Position numbers and translations under genes: made by a program. 60,782 nucleotides of DNA, taken from positions 1-60,782 of the forward strand of contig JBHJGN010000056.1 in assembly GCA_050331735.1 (NCBI GenBank), in the 5' to 3' direction. Each line of letters opens with the position of its first letter. Position 1 is the stretch's first letter. Source of the stretch: Cyanophyceae cyanobacterium (lineage in GTDB: Bacteria; Cyanobacteriota; Cyanobacteriia; Cyanobacteriales; JBHJGN01). Below the pieces are notes generated by a model. The model was not told where the DNA came from. It made no database searches and was given only the letters and a program-made list of their open reading frames with translations. Positions 9,501 to 18,470 of this stretch are shown here, in pieces.

Positions 9501-10390
9501 GCCACCTCAATCTGATTCCTTTCGGCGCCCTGGTAGATGAAAATGATGCTTATCTAGTCGAAAACTACACTATTACCTATCTCACCAGCGGACGAGATTT
9601 GCTGAGACTGACAACAACTGCTGAGCCGCAGCAGCCTCCTGTTGTCGTGGCCAATCCTGCCTACGGGGCAGAAACGCTAGTAGTTCGCCCAACTGAGCGC
9701 CGTTCGGCAGATTTAGAGCAGCTCAGTGGCTGCTGCCTAGCTTTGGCAGGTACGGCAGCAGAAGCAGCGGCCATCGTCCCTTTACTACCAGAAGTGACCG
9801 TATTCACGGAAACAGCAGCGACTAAAGAAGCGCTCCAAAAAGTTAACGCGCCGAGTATTTTACACATTGCTTCTCACGGTTTCTTTCTCTCGGCTCAGGA
9901 GGTCAAACCGCAGCCCACCAGAGGTTTTGGGGCAGAGAGTCTTGCGGAACCTCTGGTGACGGGAGAAAATCCCCTACTGCGTTCGGGCTTAGCGCTAGCT
10001 GGATTTAATCCGGCTCAGGGCAAACTGTCAGGAGCGCTGACGGCGCTAGAGGTTTCTGGGCTAGACCTGTGGGGAACGAAGCTAGTGGTACTTTCTGCCT
10101 GCTCCACGGGAGTGGGAGACGTTGTTGATGGCGAGGGAGTCTACGGTCTGCGTCGCGCTTTAGTGATTGCGGGAGCTGAGAGTCAGCTTATTAGCCTGTG
10201 GAACGTAGCGGATCAAGGAACTAAAGAGCTGATGATTGCTTACTACCAGAGGTTACTGGATGGAGCTGGGAGAAGCGAAGCCCTACGGCAAACTCAGCTA
10301 GCATTGCTTGAGAGCGAGCAATACAGCCATCCGTTTTACTGGGCGGCTTTTATTCCTTCGGGAGATTGGACAGACCTAGAATCAAATTAA
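6521..10390 (+). CDS. Secreted PPC + TPR + CHAT (caspase-like) domain protein
   Basis: Signal-like N-terminus (true start may be ATG 6527-6551), PPC domain, 13 HPDVAxSLNNLA-type 42-aa repeats, CHAT dyad ILHIASHG and VVLSACSTG, terminal HPFYWAAF. Confidence 0.93.
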   Translation: MGMMPAMVARWMLGTALCLSLGAIAPGAEQAEAKAVSSAEANVSPANIDGILNSNSQTFDDGRYYSAHRFEGQAGQHVTITVTSQQFDPFLGLFDARDQLIASQSGADRVSLTVTLPDIGPYTVFVVASQAGETGRYTLSWREASATERELAEAYQLNQQVLALLEQGEYAQAIPLAERALAIRERVLGEEHADVATSVNNLASLYYDQGNYAKAEPLFRRALRISEEALGSNHPDVATSLDNLASLYQAQGNYAEAEPLSQRALAIRENNFGAEHLDVATSLSNLASLYQAQGRYAEAEPLLQRSLAISEKLLEPDHPDVTNKLSNLATLYQAQGNYAEAEPLLQRVLAIREKIFEPTHPAVANSLNNLAALYHEQGNYAEAASLFQRALAIREQVFGSEHPDVAVSLSNLATLYQAQGKYAEADPLFQRALAIAQEVLGPDHPDVSNKLNNLANLSQDRGNYSEAESLYQRALEIREQAFGLEHPDVAVSLNNLALLFKVQGNYAKAEQLYQQALKVLEQVLGPEHPDVATNLDNLAVLYQTQGSYSKAQPFYQRALKIREQAFGNAHPDVALSLNNLAGLSQIQENYARAETLHQRALKIREQVLGAEHPWVAASLNNLADLHQAQGDYVRAKTLHQRALGIFEQSLGAEHPWVAASLNNLAELHQGQGNYARAETLHQRALNISEQTFGSEHPDVALSLNNLSSLYQAQGNFNRALEFLTRGTDIEETNLALNLIAGSEAQKRAYLATFSESTDRAVSLHLQQIPDHLEAARLALTTLLRRKGRVLDVVANTLPSLRQRLDPEDQALLDELAAIRSQLAALTFEGAGTSPDLYREQLNTLKAEAERLEATLSRRSAAFSQNTQVVTIAAVQQQIPEEAALVELIRYDPFNAKAATPSKKWLPPRYAAYILYSQGDPRWVDLGEAAVIDRTVTEFRRSLANLPASPAASPALMKRATRQVKQQARRLDEQVMQPVRTLLGDTRTLLLAPDSHLNLIPFGALVDENDAYLVENYTITYLTSGRDLLRLTTTAEPQQPPVVVANPAYGAETLVVRPTERRSADLEQLSGCCLALAGTAAEAAAIVPLLPEVTVFTETAATKEALQKVNAPSILHIASHGFFLSAQEVKPQPTRGFGAESLAEPLVTGENPLLRSGLALAGFNPAQGKLSGALTALEVSGLDLWGTKLVVLSACSTGVGDVVDGEGVYGLRRALVIAGAESQLISLWNVADQGTKELMIAYYQRLLDGAGRSEALRQTQLALLESEQYSHPFYWAAFIPSGDWTDLESN
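7090..8700 (+). repeat. Intragenic tandem array of about 126-nt TPR (kinesin-light-chain type) units
   Basis: Recurring catcc(c/t)ga(c/t)gt... and aataa(c/t)(c/t)tagc motifs at 126-nt spacing. Boundaries approximate. Confidence 0.85.
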
Positions 10391-10615
10391 TGTGCCCCCA
10401 GGGCTTGTTTGTGGCCACTTGTTGAGGGTGGGCGATCGCTGACAAGCATCCCATGCTAGTCAAGACGCTTCTGTTGCTGTGCTCGCTTGCTTAATCTTTC
10501 CCTAGTAAAATCTTGGTTTTCTCTTTACCTCCTTTTGCTATGTTCCTACATGGTGGTTCAGGTCTTGAACACTCCCAAAATCTGAAGCCGCTGCCACCCA
10601 TCTCCAGTCAGGTCA

Positions 10616-10876
10616 ATGACTACTAACTCTTCTGTTGACTCGAACGAGCTTGTCTACCGAGCGGACAAGCTCTTGCAGGCTGCTTCTAATCGCTACCAGA
10701 TTGTTGTTCACGTCGCCCATCGCTCCAAGTTTCACCGCTATGAGGATGGAGAGTATCTGACCGGAAAGATGAAACCAGTGCTGCGAGCCGTGCTAGAAAT
10801 GTCTGATGAGCTCACTGAACTGGAAGTGATTAGCGATGAAATTGCCTTTCCTGTCGGCGAGGAAAGAGCTGAGTAG
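10616..10876 (+). CDS. rpoZ: RNA polymerase omega subunit-like protein (cyanobacterial RpoZ/Ycf61 family, divergent)
   Basis: RADKLLQAASNRYQIVVHVAHR...RYED...MKPVLRAVLEMSDEL matches the cyanobacterial omega pattern. Confidence 0.8.
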   Translation: MTTNSSVDSNELVYRADKLLQAASNRYQIVVHVAHRSKFHRYEDGEYLTGKMKPVLRAVLEMSDELTELEVISDEIAFPVGEERAE

Positions 10877-10907
10877 GCGGGCACGATTGGCTTTTTGGTA
10901 AGCTCGC

Positions 10908-12155
10908 TCAATCGTCCTTCATTAAGGTAAAGTAATCTCCTACCTCGCCGCTAGCATCGACAAAAGTAACGTCTAAATGCTTGCCCTGTACGTCGAGCAC
11001 TAGCGAACCGGGTACGCTCAGCGACGCATACATAGCAGGATGAGGAAACACCGGGTCGGCGAGGGCGGAAGTGCCCGCCACAATATAGACAGTACCGCTA
11101 CCGCTGTCATACGCTCCTGATTCGTCTTGTCTGCCGCTGCCGCCATCCTGCTTCATTGATTCCGTAAATGAGACCGACAAACCGTAATGTCCCTTAAGAA
11201 GATAGGAACGCTCGTAGGAGTGACTGTGACCGGAGAGGACAAGATCGACATTGGCGGCTTCGAGTATGGGCAGCACTTGTTCTCTCATTTCGATGAGCTC
11301 AACTTCCCAGTCAGAATCGTGTGACCCCTTTGTATAGGGAGGATGGTGCCAAAACGCAATCTGCCAGTCTTGAGTCGTTGCCGCTAAATCTTGAGCGAGC
11401 CAGGTGAGCATGGCTCCTGGGGTCGAGCGATCGCTCCCATAGGAATCGAGGCAGATAAAGTGAACGTTGCCGTAATCGAAGGAATAGTACGCTGCCGTTC
11501 CCGAAGGGACTCCACCGGCCTCTCCCTGAGTTGGAAGGGAAAACAGCTCATAGTAGGGACCGCTTTGCTCCTCAGAACTAGCGCTACCGGCATCGTGGTT
11601 GCCGATCGCCGTCCAGAGGACGCTCGTGCGCAAAAGCTGCGGATACATCTCAAATACCCCGCGCTGATACTCCGCTAACGTCCCGGTATCGTAGGCATTA
11701 TCGCCCAACATCAGCCAGAGATCGGTATGGCGATCGCCCGTGAATTGGCGGTAGCCATCGCGGACCTGAGCGGCAATGTCGTTACCTCGTCCGGCATCTC
11801 CTAAAACCAAGACGCGCAGGGGTCGCATGGGGGAGGATTGCGGAATAGGAGCCGTGACAAAATACTGCTCCGGATCGCCTGCTGCTACCTCTGTAGCCGC
11901 TCCGATTGAGTAGTAATAGCGGCGGTTGGACTGAAGTCCGCTGAGGGGCACAAAATGATTGCAGGTGGGAACCGTTTCCGTTGAAGTGACCGTCAGTTGA
12001 CGGTAATCTGTTCCGTATCTCACGCTGCCGCGCACAGGAGCTTGAGTCGCCCACCGAATGATGATGCTTGAATCGGTCCCCACTTGGAGATAAGGTCCGC
12101 GAATAATATGCGTTTTTGGAGAGTTAGTTTTTCGATCGAGAGTGTTGACTATCAT
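10908..12155 (-). CDS. Purple-acid-phosphatase-like metallophosphoesterase (FN3-like + Metallophos)
   Basis: RGPYLQ, GDAG, GDNAY, GNHD, WHHPPY, SGHSHSYER. Confidence 0.9.
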   Translation of the reverse strand: MIVNTLDRKTNSPKTHIIRGPYLQVGTDSSIIIRWATQAPVRGSVRYGTDYRQLTVTSTETVPTCNHFVPLSGLQSNRRYYYSIGAATEVAAGDPEQYFVTAPIPQSSPMRPLRVLVLGDAGRGNDIAAQVRDGYRQFTGDRHTDLWLMLGDNAYDTGTLAEYQRGVFEMYPQLLRTSVLWTAIGNHDAGSASSEEQSGPYYELFSLPTQGEAGGVPSGTAAYYSFDYGNVHFICLDSYGSDRSTPGAMLTWLAQDLAATTQDWQIAFWHHPPYTKGSHDSDWEVELIEMREQVLPILEAANVDLVLSGHSHSYERSYLLKGHYGLSVSFTESMKQDGGSGRQDESGAYDSGSGTVYIVAGTSALADPVFPHPAMYASLSVPGSLVLDVQGKHLDVTFVDASGEVGDYFTLMKDD

Positions 12156-12239
12156 CAGCTCTGAGCTAGTTTTTTGCGTCGCTGTCCTTCCCCAGAATAA
12201 ACGAGGATTCCCTGGGGAGGAACGGGCTTGTGCTCGCTA

Positions 12240-12848
12240 TCAAACTTGAGCAACGGAGACTGGCTGCCACTGATATTCCATCTCCTGCGCCGTAGCGATC
12301 GCCTCGGCTTCGCCCAACCGCTTCGCCACCACATACAAAGACATATCGATTCCGGCTGAAATGCCAGCCGAGAGAATGATCCGTCCGTTATCAACCACTC
12401 GGGCATCCTCTCGAACGTCCGTGTTAGGAGCGAGTTTTCGCAGCAGGGCGATCGCGCTGTGGTGGGTTGTGGCCGCTAATCCATGCAGTAGACCAGCTTT
12501 GGCCAGCAGTAAAGCCCCGGTACAAACCGACAGCACCAGCTCCGCTGCCTGAGACTGCTGTTGAATCCAGTCGATGACCGTCTGGTTGCGGATTTCTCGG
12601 CGCGTTCCCCAGCCACCAGGAACCAAAAGAATATCGGGCTGGGGGCAATCAGCCAAGCGATAGGCGGGGTTAACGCTTAGGTGGTTGCGAGCTATAATCG
12701 GTCTGTTCTCTTGAGCGACCGTGTATACCTCAAAGGGTTTCGATTCGTTAAGATCGCCGCCCGTAACGCCAAATACTTCGTAGGGACCGCAGAAATCGAG
12801 GATTTCTACATCGTCGAAAATGAGAATTGCTACTTTAGTCTGCTTCAC
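12240..12848 (-). CDS. DJ-1/PfpI family protein
   Basis: VEILDFCGPYEVF, LVPGG, SVCTGA, ATTHH, SAGISAGID. Confidence 0.92.
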   Translation of the reverse strand: MKQTKVAILIFDDVEILDFCGPYEVFGVTGGDLNESKPFEVYTVAQENRPIIARNHLSVNPAYRLADCPQPDILLVPGGWGTRREIRNQTVIDWIQQQSQAAELVLSVCTGALLLAKAGLLHGLAATTHHSAIALLRKLAPNTDVREDARVVDNGRIILSAGISAGIDMSLYVVAKRLGEAEAIATAQEMEYQWQPVSVAQV

Positions 12849-12863
12849 CGTTTTTTCCTTGCA

Positions 12864-13898
12864 CTAACTCGAATTGGCCTTGGCGTAAGCTTTGACAAAG
12901 CGATCGTCCAAAATAGCCTTTAAATCGGGCTTCTCTTCAATAAATTCCACATTTAGCATAAACTCTGTCATTCTTTCAGCAGCAAACGGCATGTGCTTCA
13001 TGCTGTTGCCGGGGCTAAAAGCCTCTAGATTCTCCTCGATCGTGAAAAAATCCGTTCCTTCTTTAAATAGCTGCATGTCATCAGGACTAATCCCGACTCG
13101 TTCTGCCATAATGGCATCGGCTTGGTCAGGGTGTTCAATCATAAACTCACGGATGTCCCACCAGGTATCGACCAGCGCCTGAACCTGTTGGGGCTGCTCG
13201 TCGATGAGCTTTTGACTGACTACCAGCAGATCAGGAATCGCGCCGGGGTAATCAGCCGACGAGGCTAATTCGTGGGCTCCTTCTCTTTCTAAGGCCACTT
13301 GCCAGAATGGCGGAAAGGCTCCCACGGCATCGACGAGTCCGGCGGCAAACGCCTGGGCGGCGGCTCCTGTTTCGGCGTTGACAATTTCTACCGCTGAGCG
13401 CGACATGCCAGCATCTTCTAGCACCAGGGAAAGCAGAAAGTCATCAACAAGTCCTGCTTCCACTGCCACTGCTTTTCCTTTAAGATCCGGAACCGTTTTG
13501 ATCTCGGCTGCCGCAATAATTTTGTCATTGCCTGCTGAGTTGTCATTGACAAGCACAGCAACCTCTCCATGCACCGCATCTTTAGCAAAGGAAATGGTGT
13601 CGTTGAGGGTTTGACAGTTCCCGTCGATTTGTCCAGCGGCCAGGGCTTCCATCGATTCTAGGTAGCTGTCGTACCACTTGAGCTGCACGTTGGCATCGTG
13701 CTTGGCAAATAATCCTTCTCGTTCGGCGATCGCCCAAGGCCACCACCCCGCCCACGAACTGTAGCCGAGAATAATAGGAGTTTTACTGGCGCTATTAACC
13801 ACAGATTGAGAAGAGGGCTGTCGAGTACAGCTCACGGCTAGGGCTAAGGAAACGAGAAAAATAGCGATAATTTTTCGGATGTTGATAGATGTAAGCAT
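12864..13898 (-). CDS. ABC transporter substrate-binding lipoprotein (SsuA/THI5-like)
   Basis: Lipobox LAVSC; GYSSWAGWWPW, QTLNDTI, VNDNSAGNDKII, PGAIPDLL. Confidence 0.88.
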   Translation of the reverse strand: MLTSINIRKIIAIFLVSLALAVSCTRQPSSQSVVNSASKTPIILGYSSWAGWWPWAIAEREGLFAKHDANVQLKWYDSYLESMEALAAGQIDGNCQTLNDTISFAKDAVHGEVAVLVNDNSAGNDKIIAAAEIKTVPDLKGKAVAVEAGLVDDFLLSLVLEDAGMSRSAVEIVNAETGAAAQAFAAGLVDAVGAFPPFWQVALEREGAHELASSADYPGAIPDLLVVSQKLIDEQPQQVQALVDTWWDIREFMIEHPDQADAIMAERVGISPDDMQLFKEGTDFFTIEENLEAFSPGNSMKHMPFAAERMTEFMLNVEFIEEKPDLKAILDDRFVKAYAKANSS

Positions 13899-13965
13899 GA
13901 AACTTATCTAACTTTCTGTCGTTAAAGACCACACCAGCTTTTGTCACCTACTATTTTGCGATCGC

Positions 13966-15135
13966 CTACTCATCGCTCGGCACTAACGGCACAAAGCCCG
14001 CATTTTGCACAATTTCTTGTCCTTCTTTAGACAGAAGCATCTGAGTATAAGCCCTGCCTGCCTCTTCATCGAGCGTACCGTCTTCTCGGTAGAGGATAAA
14101 CAACTTGTTGGTGAGGGGATAGTCCCCGGTTTGGAAACTGTCGAGATTGACCATTCCTTCCTCTGTTAGAGGACTAACAAAGTCTCTGGTGATGGGGTTT
14201 TCAACGTTAAGGACGTTGAGCAGTCCCTGCTGAGAGGCCAGAGCCGCACTGACAAAACCGATCGCTCCCGGAGTCCCAATAACCTCTCGAAAGGCCAGCG
14301 TTGGGCTACGAACAATTTCGACGTTGTTTCCCAGTGTTCCTTCTCCCAAGCCAATTTCTTCTAGCGTTTCGATTTCGATGCCGACAGGGTGAATTGGCAA
14401 ATCTGGTCCTCCCACCTGCTTCCAGTTCGTTACCGTTCCGGTAAAGATGCCTCGAAGCTGGTCTATAGTCAGACCCGCAAGCTCAACTTCTCGGTTGGTA
14501 TAGAAAACTGTTCCGCCAATGCCAATGGCTTCTTGAGCGAGCGTAAAATCTCTGAGCGTTTGTTGAGTAATTGCTGCCTGCGATTCGGTATCGGTGAGAG
14601 GCCGACTGGTCGTTGCCAAGCTGAGCGTTCCCTTGATAACTCCCTCGATTCCGTCACTGGAGCTAGCGTTGCGGTCTCCTGGCTCTAGATAAATCAACTC
14701 AAACTCTGGATGAGCATCGGCAATGATCTGACTTAACCCTTTTCTGTTCAAGGCCGCAAAAAAGGCATCTCCGCTGAAGGTCAATCGCATATCGGGGGTA
14801 GGAACCTCGGCAATCGTTCGGTAACGAGTCGTAGAGGGTTCGAGCAGTCTAAATGGCTGTCTCAGTATGACACTGACCGCTACGATAGCTAATCCCGCTA
14901 CTAAAGCACCGATAACAGCACCAATAACCATTGCTCCAGGTCGTACTGGTTTGGGACGAGTCTCTCCGGGTGAGGGAGCTGCTGGCGCTAGATCAGGAGT
15001 CGGAGGAAACTTAAAAACATTTGTTTTGGTTCTTGAATGCAGAGTATGCCCACAAGCCCGGCACTGATTAGCCGCGTCGGAATTCATGGTATATCCACAG
15101 CGGGGACAGGGGGTAGAATCTTTGCTTGACAGCAT
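13966..15135 (-). CDS. PstS-like periplasmic binding domain protein with N-terminal zinc ribbon and one TM helix
   Basis: CPRC...CRAC, hydrophobic segment, SSDGI, TSRPL, GLTIDQLRGIFTGTVTNWKQVGGPDLPI, YPLT. Confidence 0.85.
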   Translation of the reverse strand: MLSSKDSTPCPRCGYTMNSDAANQCRACGHTLHSRTKTNVFKFPPTPDLAPAAPSPGETRPKPVRPGAMVIGAVIGALVAGLAIVAVSVILRQPFRLLEPSTTRYRTIAEVPTPDMRLTFSGDAFFAALNRKGLSQIIADAHPEFELIYLEPGDRNASSSDGIEGVIKGTLSLATTSRPLTDTESQAAITQQTLRDFTLAQEAIGIGGTVFYTNREVELAGLTIDQLRGIFTGTVTNWKQVGGPDLPIHPVGIEIETLEEIGLGEGTLGNNVEIVRSPTLAFREVIGTPGAIGFVSAALASQQGLLNVLNVENPITRDFVSPLTEEGMVNLDSFQTGDYPLTNKLFILYREDGTLDEEAGRAYTQMLLSKEGQEIVQNAGFVPLVPSDE

Positions 15136-16003
15136 GCCTAGTTCTCCAAGTTCATGAGTGAGAGGAAAATACTCGCTTTGAAAAAGCTTAAGTCTTTAAC
15201 GACACAATTTTTGTAAAATTTTTTTCTTGAAATTCATCCGACAAGTTTCTTTAAAGATAACCAGGACAACTAACTGTTAAGAAGTAAACCTCCCGAGCTT
15301 TTTTGCTGAGCAACAGCTAAAGACATCAGCGGTTAATGAATGTTCTGCTCTAATCGTAGCCTAAAGTTGAATTGGCTTACGGCGGCAGAGCATCGCTTTG
15401 CTTTAAGAAGGTTAACTCTGAACCGAATTTAATCAGCTGTTGTTACTTTTTTTCTAAAAAGCTCGGCTGACTTGGTTTCGCTAACAGAACAAGTTGTTAA
15501 TGTGCCCGTTAAATTCTATCGACTACTATTAAATATTTTAGAATAATTTTGTTCGAGCAGGGAGGCAAAATAGCTGGGGCTTTAAGTAACTACTTTAGTA
15601 ATGTTTTGAACGGGGATTACTTGGGCTTTCCATTTTTATAAATTACAGCAATGTATTAAATTAAATTGATTTAAAATGACAACGAAAAGATCGTCTAATC
15701 GCCAATAGCTAAACAATCTTTTTATCTGCGCCAACACCTGAGAGCAGCAGTTTTTCCCCTTGATGTCTCGCGACCAGATTCAGATCGAGGGAGAATTTGC
15801 TCCCGAAACCGCGAGCGCTCATCAAAGTCGGGCTCGCTTTCCCCTCAGTACCAACAGACAACTGACAACATTCCCCAGGGCAGATCTGTAAACCGCTGAA
15901 ACGGACTAACCTTATTCAAGAGGCTATAGTTGACTTAACCATCCGAGTCGAGCCGGATGTGCGGAAAGGCTGCCTATAGAGCAGGATTGTTGAAAGTTGA
16001 AAA

Positions 16004-17644
16004 ATGACTAGCTCAATAGAATTTCAATTATTTGCTCCCTACAACCAAGAGGCAGCGCTGATCGGCTGCTTTTCTAACTGGGAAGCCGTGCCTATGGAAA
16101 AAGACGAGCGAGGCATTTTTCGGACTGCCGTTGAGCTAGCGGATGGCGTTTATCAGTATAAGTTTCGCGTCCGCTCCAAAAGCTGGTTTTTGGAAAGCGA
16201 TCAGTGGGTAGATATCAGCGATCCCTACGCAACAGCCATTGATGATGCTACCCAAAATACCGTTATTCGCATTAAAGAAGGGCAGCCCGTTGTGGATACC
16301 TACGTTTGGCAACACGACGACACCCCCCTGCCCAATAACGAGGAGCTCGTCATTTATGAGCTTTACGTCGCTGGATTTTCTGGTGGGGAAGGAGACAACA
16401 AAGAACGCGGTGATTTTCAAGATGTCATCGACAAGCTAGACTATCTCTGCGAACTCGGCGTTAATGCCGTTGAACTCCTGCCGGTGCAGGAATATCCCGG
16501 GGATGACAATTGGGGCTATACGCCTCGTTACTTTCTGGCAACGGAATCGAGCTATGGTTCTACTGAAGACCTCAAGCGCCTCATCGATGAATGTCACGGC
16601 AAAGGACTACGCGTGATCATGGACGGGATCTTCAATCACTCCGATGCCGAAAGCCCGTTAACGCAAATTGACCACGACTACTGGTATCATCATTCGCCCC
16701 GCGATCCAGACAACAGTTGGGGACCAGAATTCAACTACGAACACTACGACGAACAGTTAGATGTGAAACCAGCCTGGCAGTTCATTGGCGATGTTGTGCG
16801 GTTTTGGATTGAGGAGTATCACATCGACGGGATTCGCTACGATGCCGCCAGACAAATTGCAAATTATGACTTCATGCACTGGATTACCGCCCAAACCAGA
16901 CAAGTTGCTTCGATGAAGTCGTTTTTTAATATTGCTGAGCATATTCCTGAAACCGCAGCGATTGTGGGGCTAGAGGGACCGATGGATAGCTGCTGGCACG
17001 AAAGCTTTCGGCAGCGAGTTACTGACCAGATTTGCGGCGATACGTTCGACCTCGAGGCTCTCAAAGAGGTCATCGACGGTAAGCGCCAGGGCTTTCTCGG
17101 AGCCACAGATATGATCAATTATCTCGCCTCCCACGACCGCAGCAACCTGATGGACAGATTAGGCGAGCACAACATCTTCGACGCAGCCGCTTTTCAAAGA
17201 CTTAAGCTGGGAGCCGTGCTGCTCATGACCGCCGTGGGCATCCCGATGATTTGGATGGGCAGCGAAACAGGAGAATGCGAGACGGTAGAATCAGCGAAGC
17301 TGGACTGGACGCTGCTGGAAAATGATTTAAATCGCAGCTTATTTGACACCTATCGAGGTTTGATTAGTCTTCGTAAAAATCAGGCTCTCCATACTGCCAA
17401 TATTGACTTTTTCTACGAAGATGCGGAGGCAAAAGTGCTGGCGTACAATCGCTGGAACGACGAAGGCTCTCGTGTTGTGGTGGTCGCTAATTTCTCAGAC
17501 CGCTTTTTAGGCGATTATTTAGTGACTCACTTTCCGGAGTCTGGGACTTGGCATGAGTGGACGCGGAACTATGATATTGAAGTGGCAGACGAGATACTTA
17601 CCCTGAGCTTAGGGGGATACGAAGCCCAGGTATTTGTCAAGTAG
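16004..17644 (+). CDS. GH13 alpha-amylase family glycoside hydrolase with N-terminal CBM48-like domain
   Basis: FQLFAP, VIYELYV, LGVNAVELLP, WGY, DGIFNH, DGIRYDA, AEH, SHD. Confidence 0.93.
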   Translation: MTSSIEFQLFAPYNQEAALIGCFSNWEAVPMEKDERGIFRTAVELADGVYQYKFRVRSKSWFLESDQWVDISDPYATAIDDATQNTVIRIKEGQPVVDTYVWQHDDTPLPNNEELVIYELYVAGFSGGEGDNKERGDFQDVIDKLDYLCELGVNAVELLPVQEYPGDDNWGYTPRYFLATESSYGSTEDLKRLIDECHGKGLRVIMDGIFNHSDAESPLTQIDHDYWYHHSPRDPDNSWGPEFNYEHYDEQLDVKPAWQFIGDVVRFWIEEYHIDGIRYDAARQIANYDFMHWITAQTRQVASMKSFFNIAEHIPETAAIVGLEGPMDSCWHESFRQRVTDQICGDTFDLEALKEVIDGKRQGFLGATDMINYLASHDRSNLMDRLGEHNIFDAAAFQRLKLGAVLLMTAVGIPMIWMGSETGECETVESAKLDWTLLENDLNRSLFDTYRGLISLRKNQALHTANIDFFYEDAEAKVLAYNRWNDEGSRVVVVANFSDRFLGDYLVTHFPESGTWHEWTRNYDIEVADEILTLSLGGYEAQVFVK

Positions 17645-17817
17645 TCGGACACGAAAGCGCAGTGGCGGCGATCGCCTTGCCGATTAACCCGGTCTTGACT
17701 TTTGTCTGCTGCTGACGCTTCATTCGCTGAGGCCAAGCTTAAAGATTCTTAATACTTCCTCGGAGGCTAAACGCGACGAATGAGGTTATAAATAAGCCGT
17801 GTGAGGAGGAATTGAAG

Positions 17818-18006
17818 ATGAAACCCCGGAAACTGAGTCAACATACTCAGCTTGAAATTGCCTGTAGCGATTTTGTGCATATTTCTCAAAGAATCCATCC
17901 CAGAGGACATTTCGATCGCTATATCAAAGTAGACCGAGAAGAAGCCAAGCAACTGGTGAGGCATCTCCTCGATTGGGTGCTAGCAGAGGAGAACGCAAAC
18001 GTTTGA
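17818..18006 (+). CDS. Small hypothetical protein (62 aa)
   Basis: Strong SD GAGGAGG at 17803-17809 upstream of ATG 17818; protein-like composition. Confidence 0.5.
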   Translation: MKPRKLSQHTQLEIACSDFVHISQRIHPRGHFDRYIKVDREEAKQLVRHLLDWVLAEENANV

Positions 18007-18470
18007 GGAGGCGATCAGGACTTCAGATGAGCAATGCTTGAAAAAGCCCAAGCACGCTATCGGTCAGGACTGGCATCAGTAGATTGAACTTCTTTGATTT
18101 TATTACCTATCTTCCCTCTGCTGTGGGCGATATTTTCCTGGGAATGCGCTGCTTAATGATACACTGACCGTTTATTGGTTTTGACAGTCAAATTGCTCGA
18201 TAAATTCGCAATAAAGCTAATTGTGTACTCGTGAAACACCCATTAATCTACAAAACATTCAGAATCCTAAATACTTGCGTTGTTTTTCCTATCAACAGTT
18301 AAGTGAGATATGTGTTCAACAGGAAATAACCATGCAGGTCACCAGATCTAGAAATTTGTTCCTTCTTCTCGTGGTTCATCCTATCAAGGGTGAAACTGTT
18401 ACGGTTACCGAAATATCTCCTCCGGACTTGACCATGAAATAAGTTATCAAAGCTGGAACATTGGCGTGTC

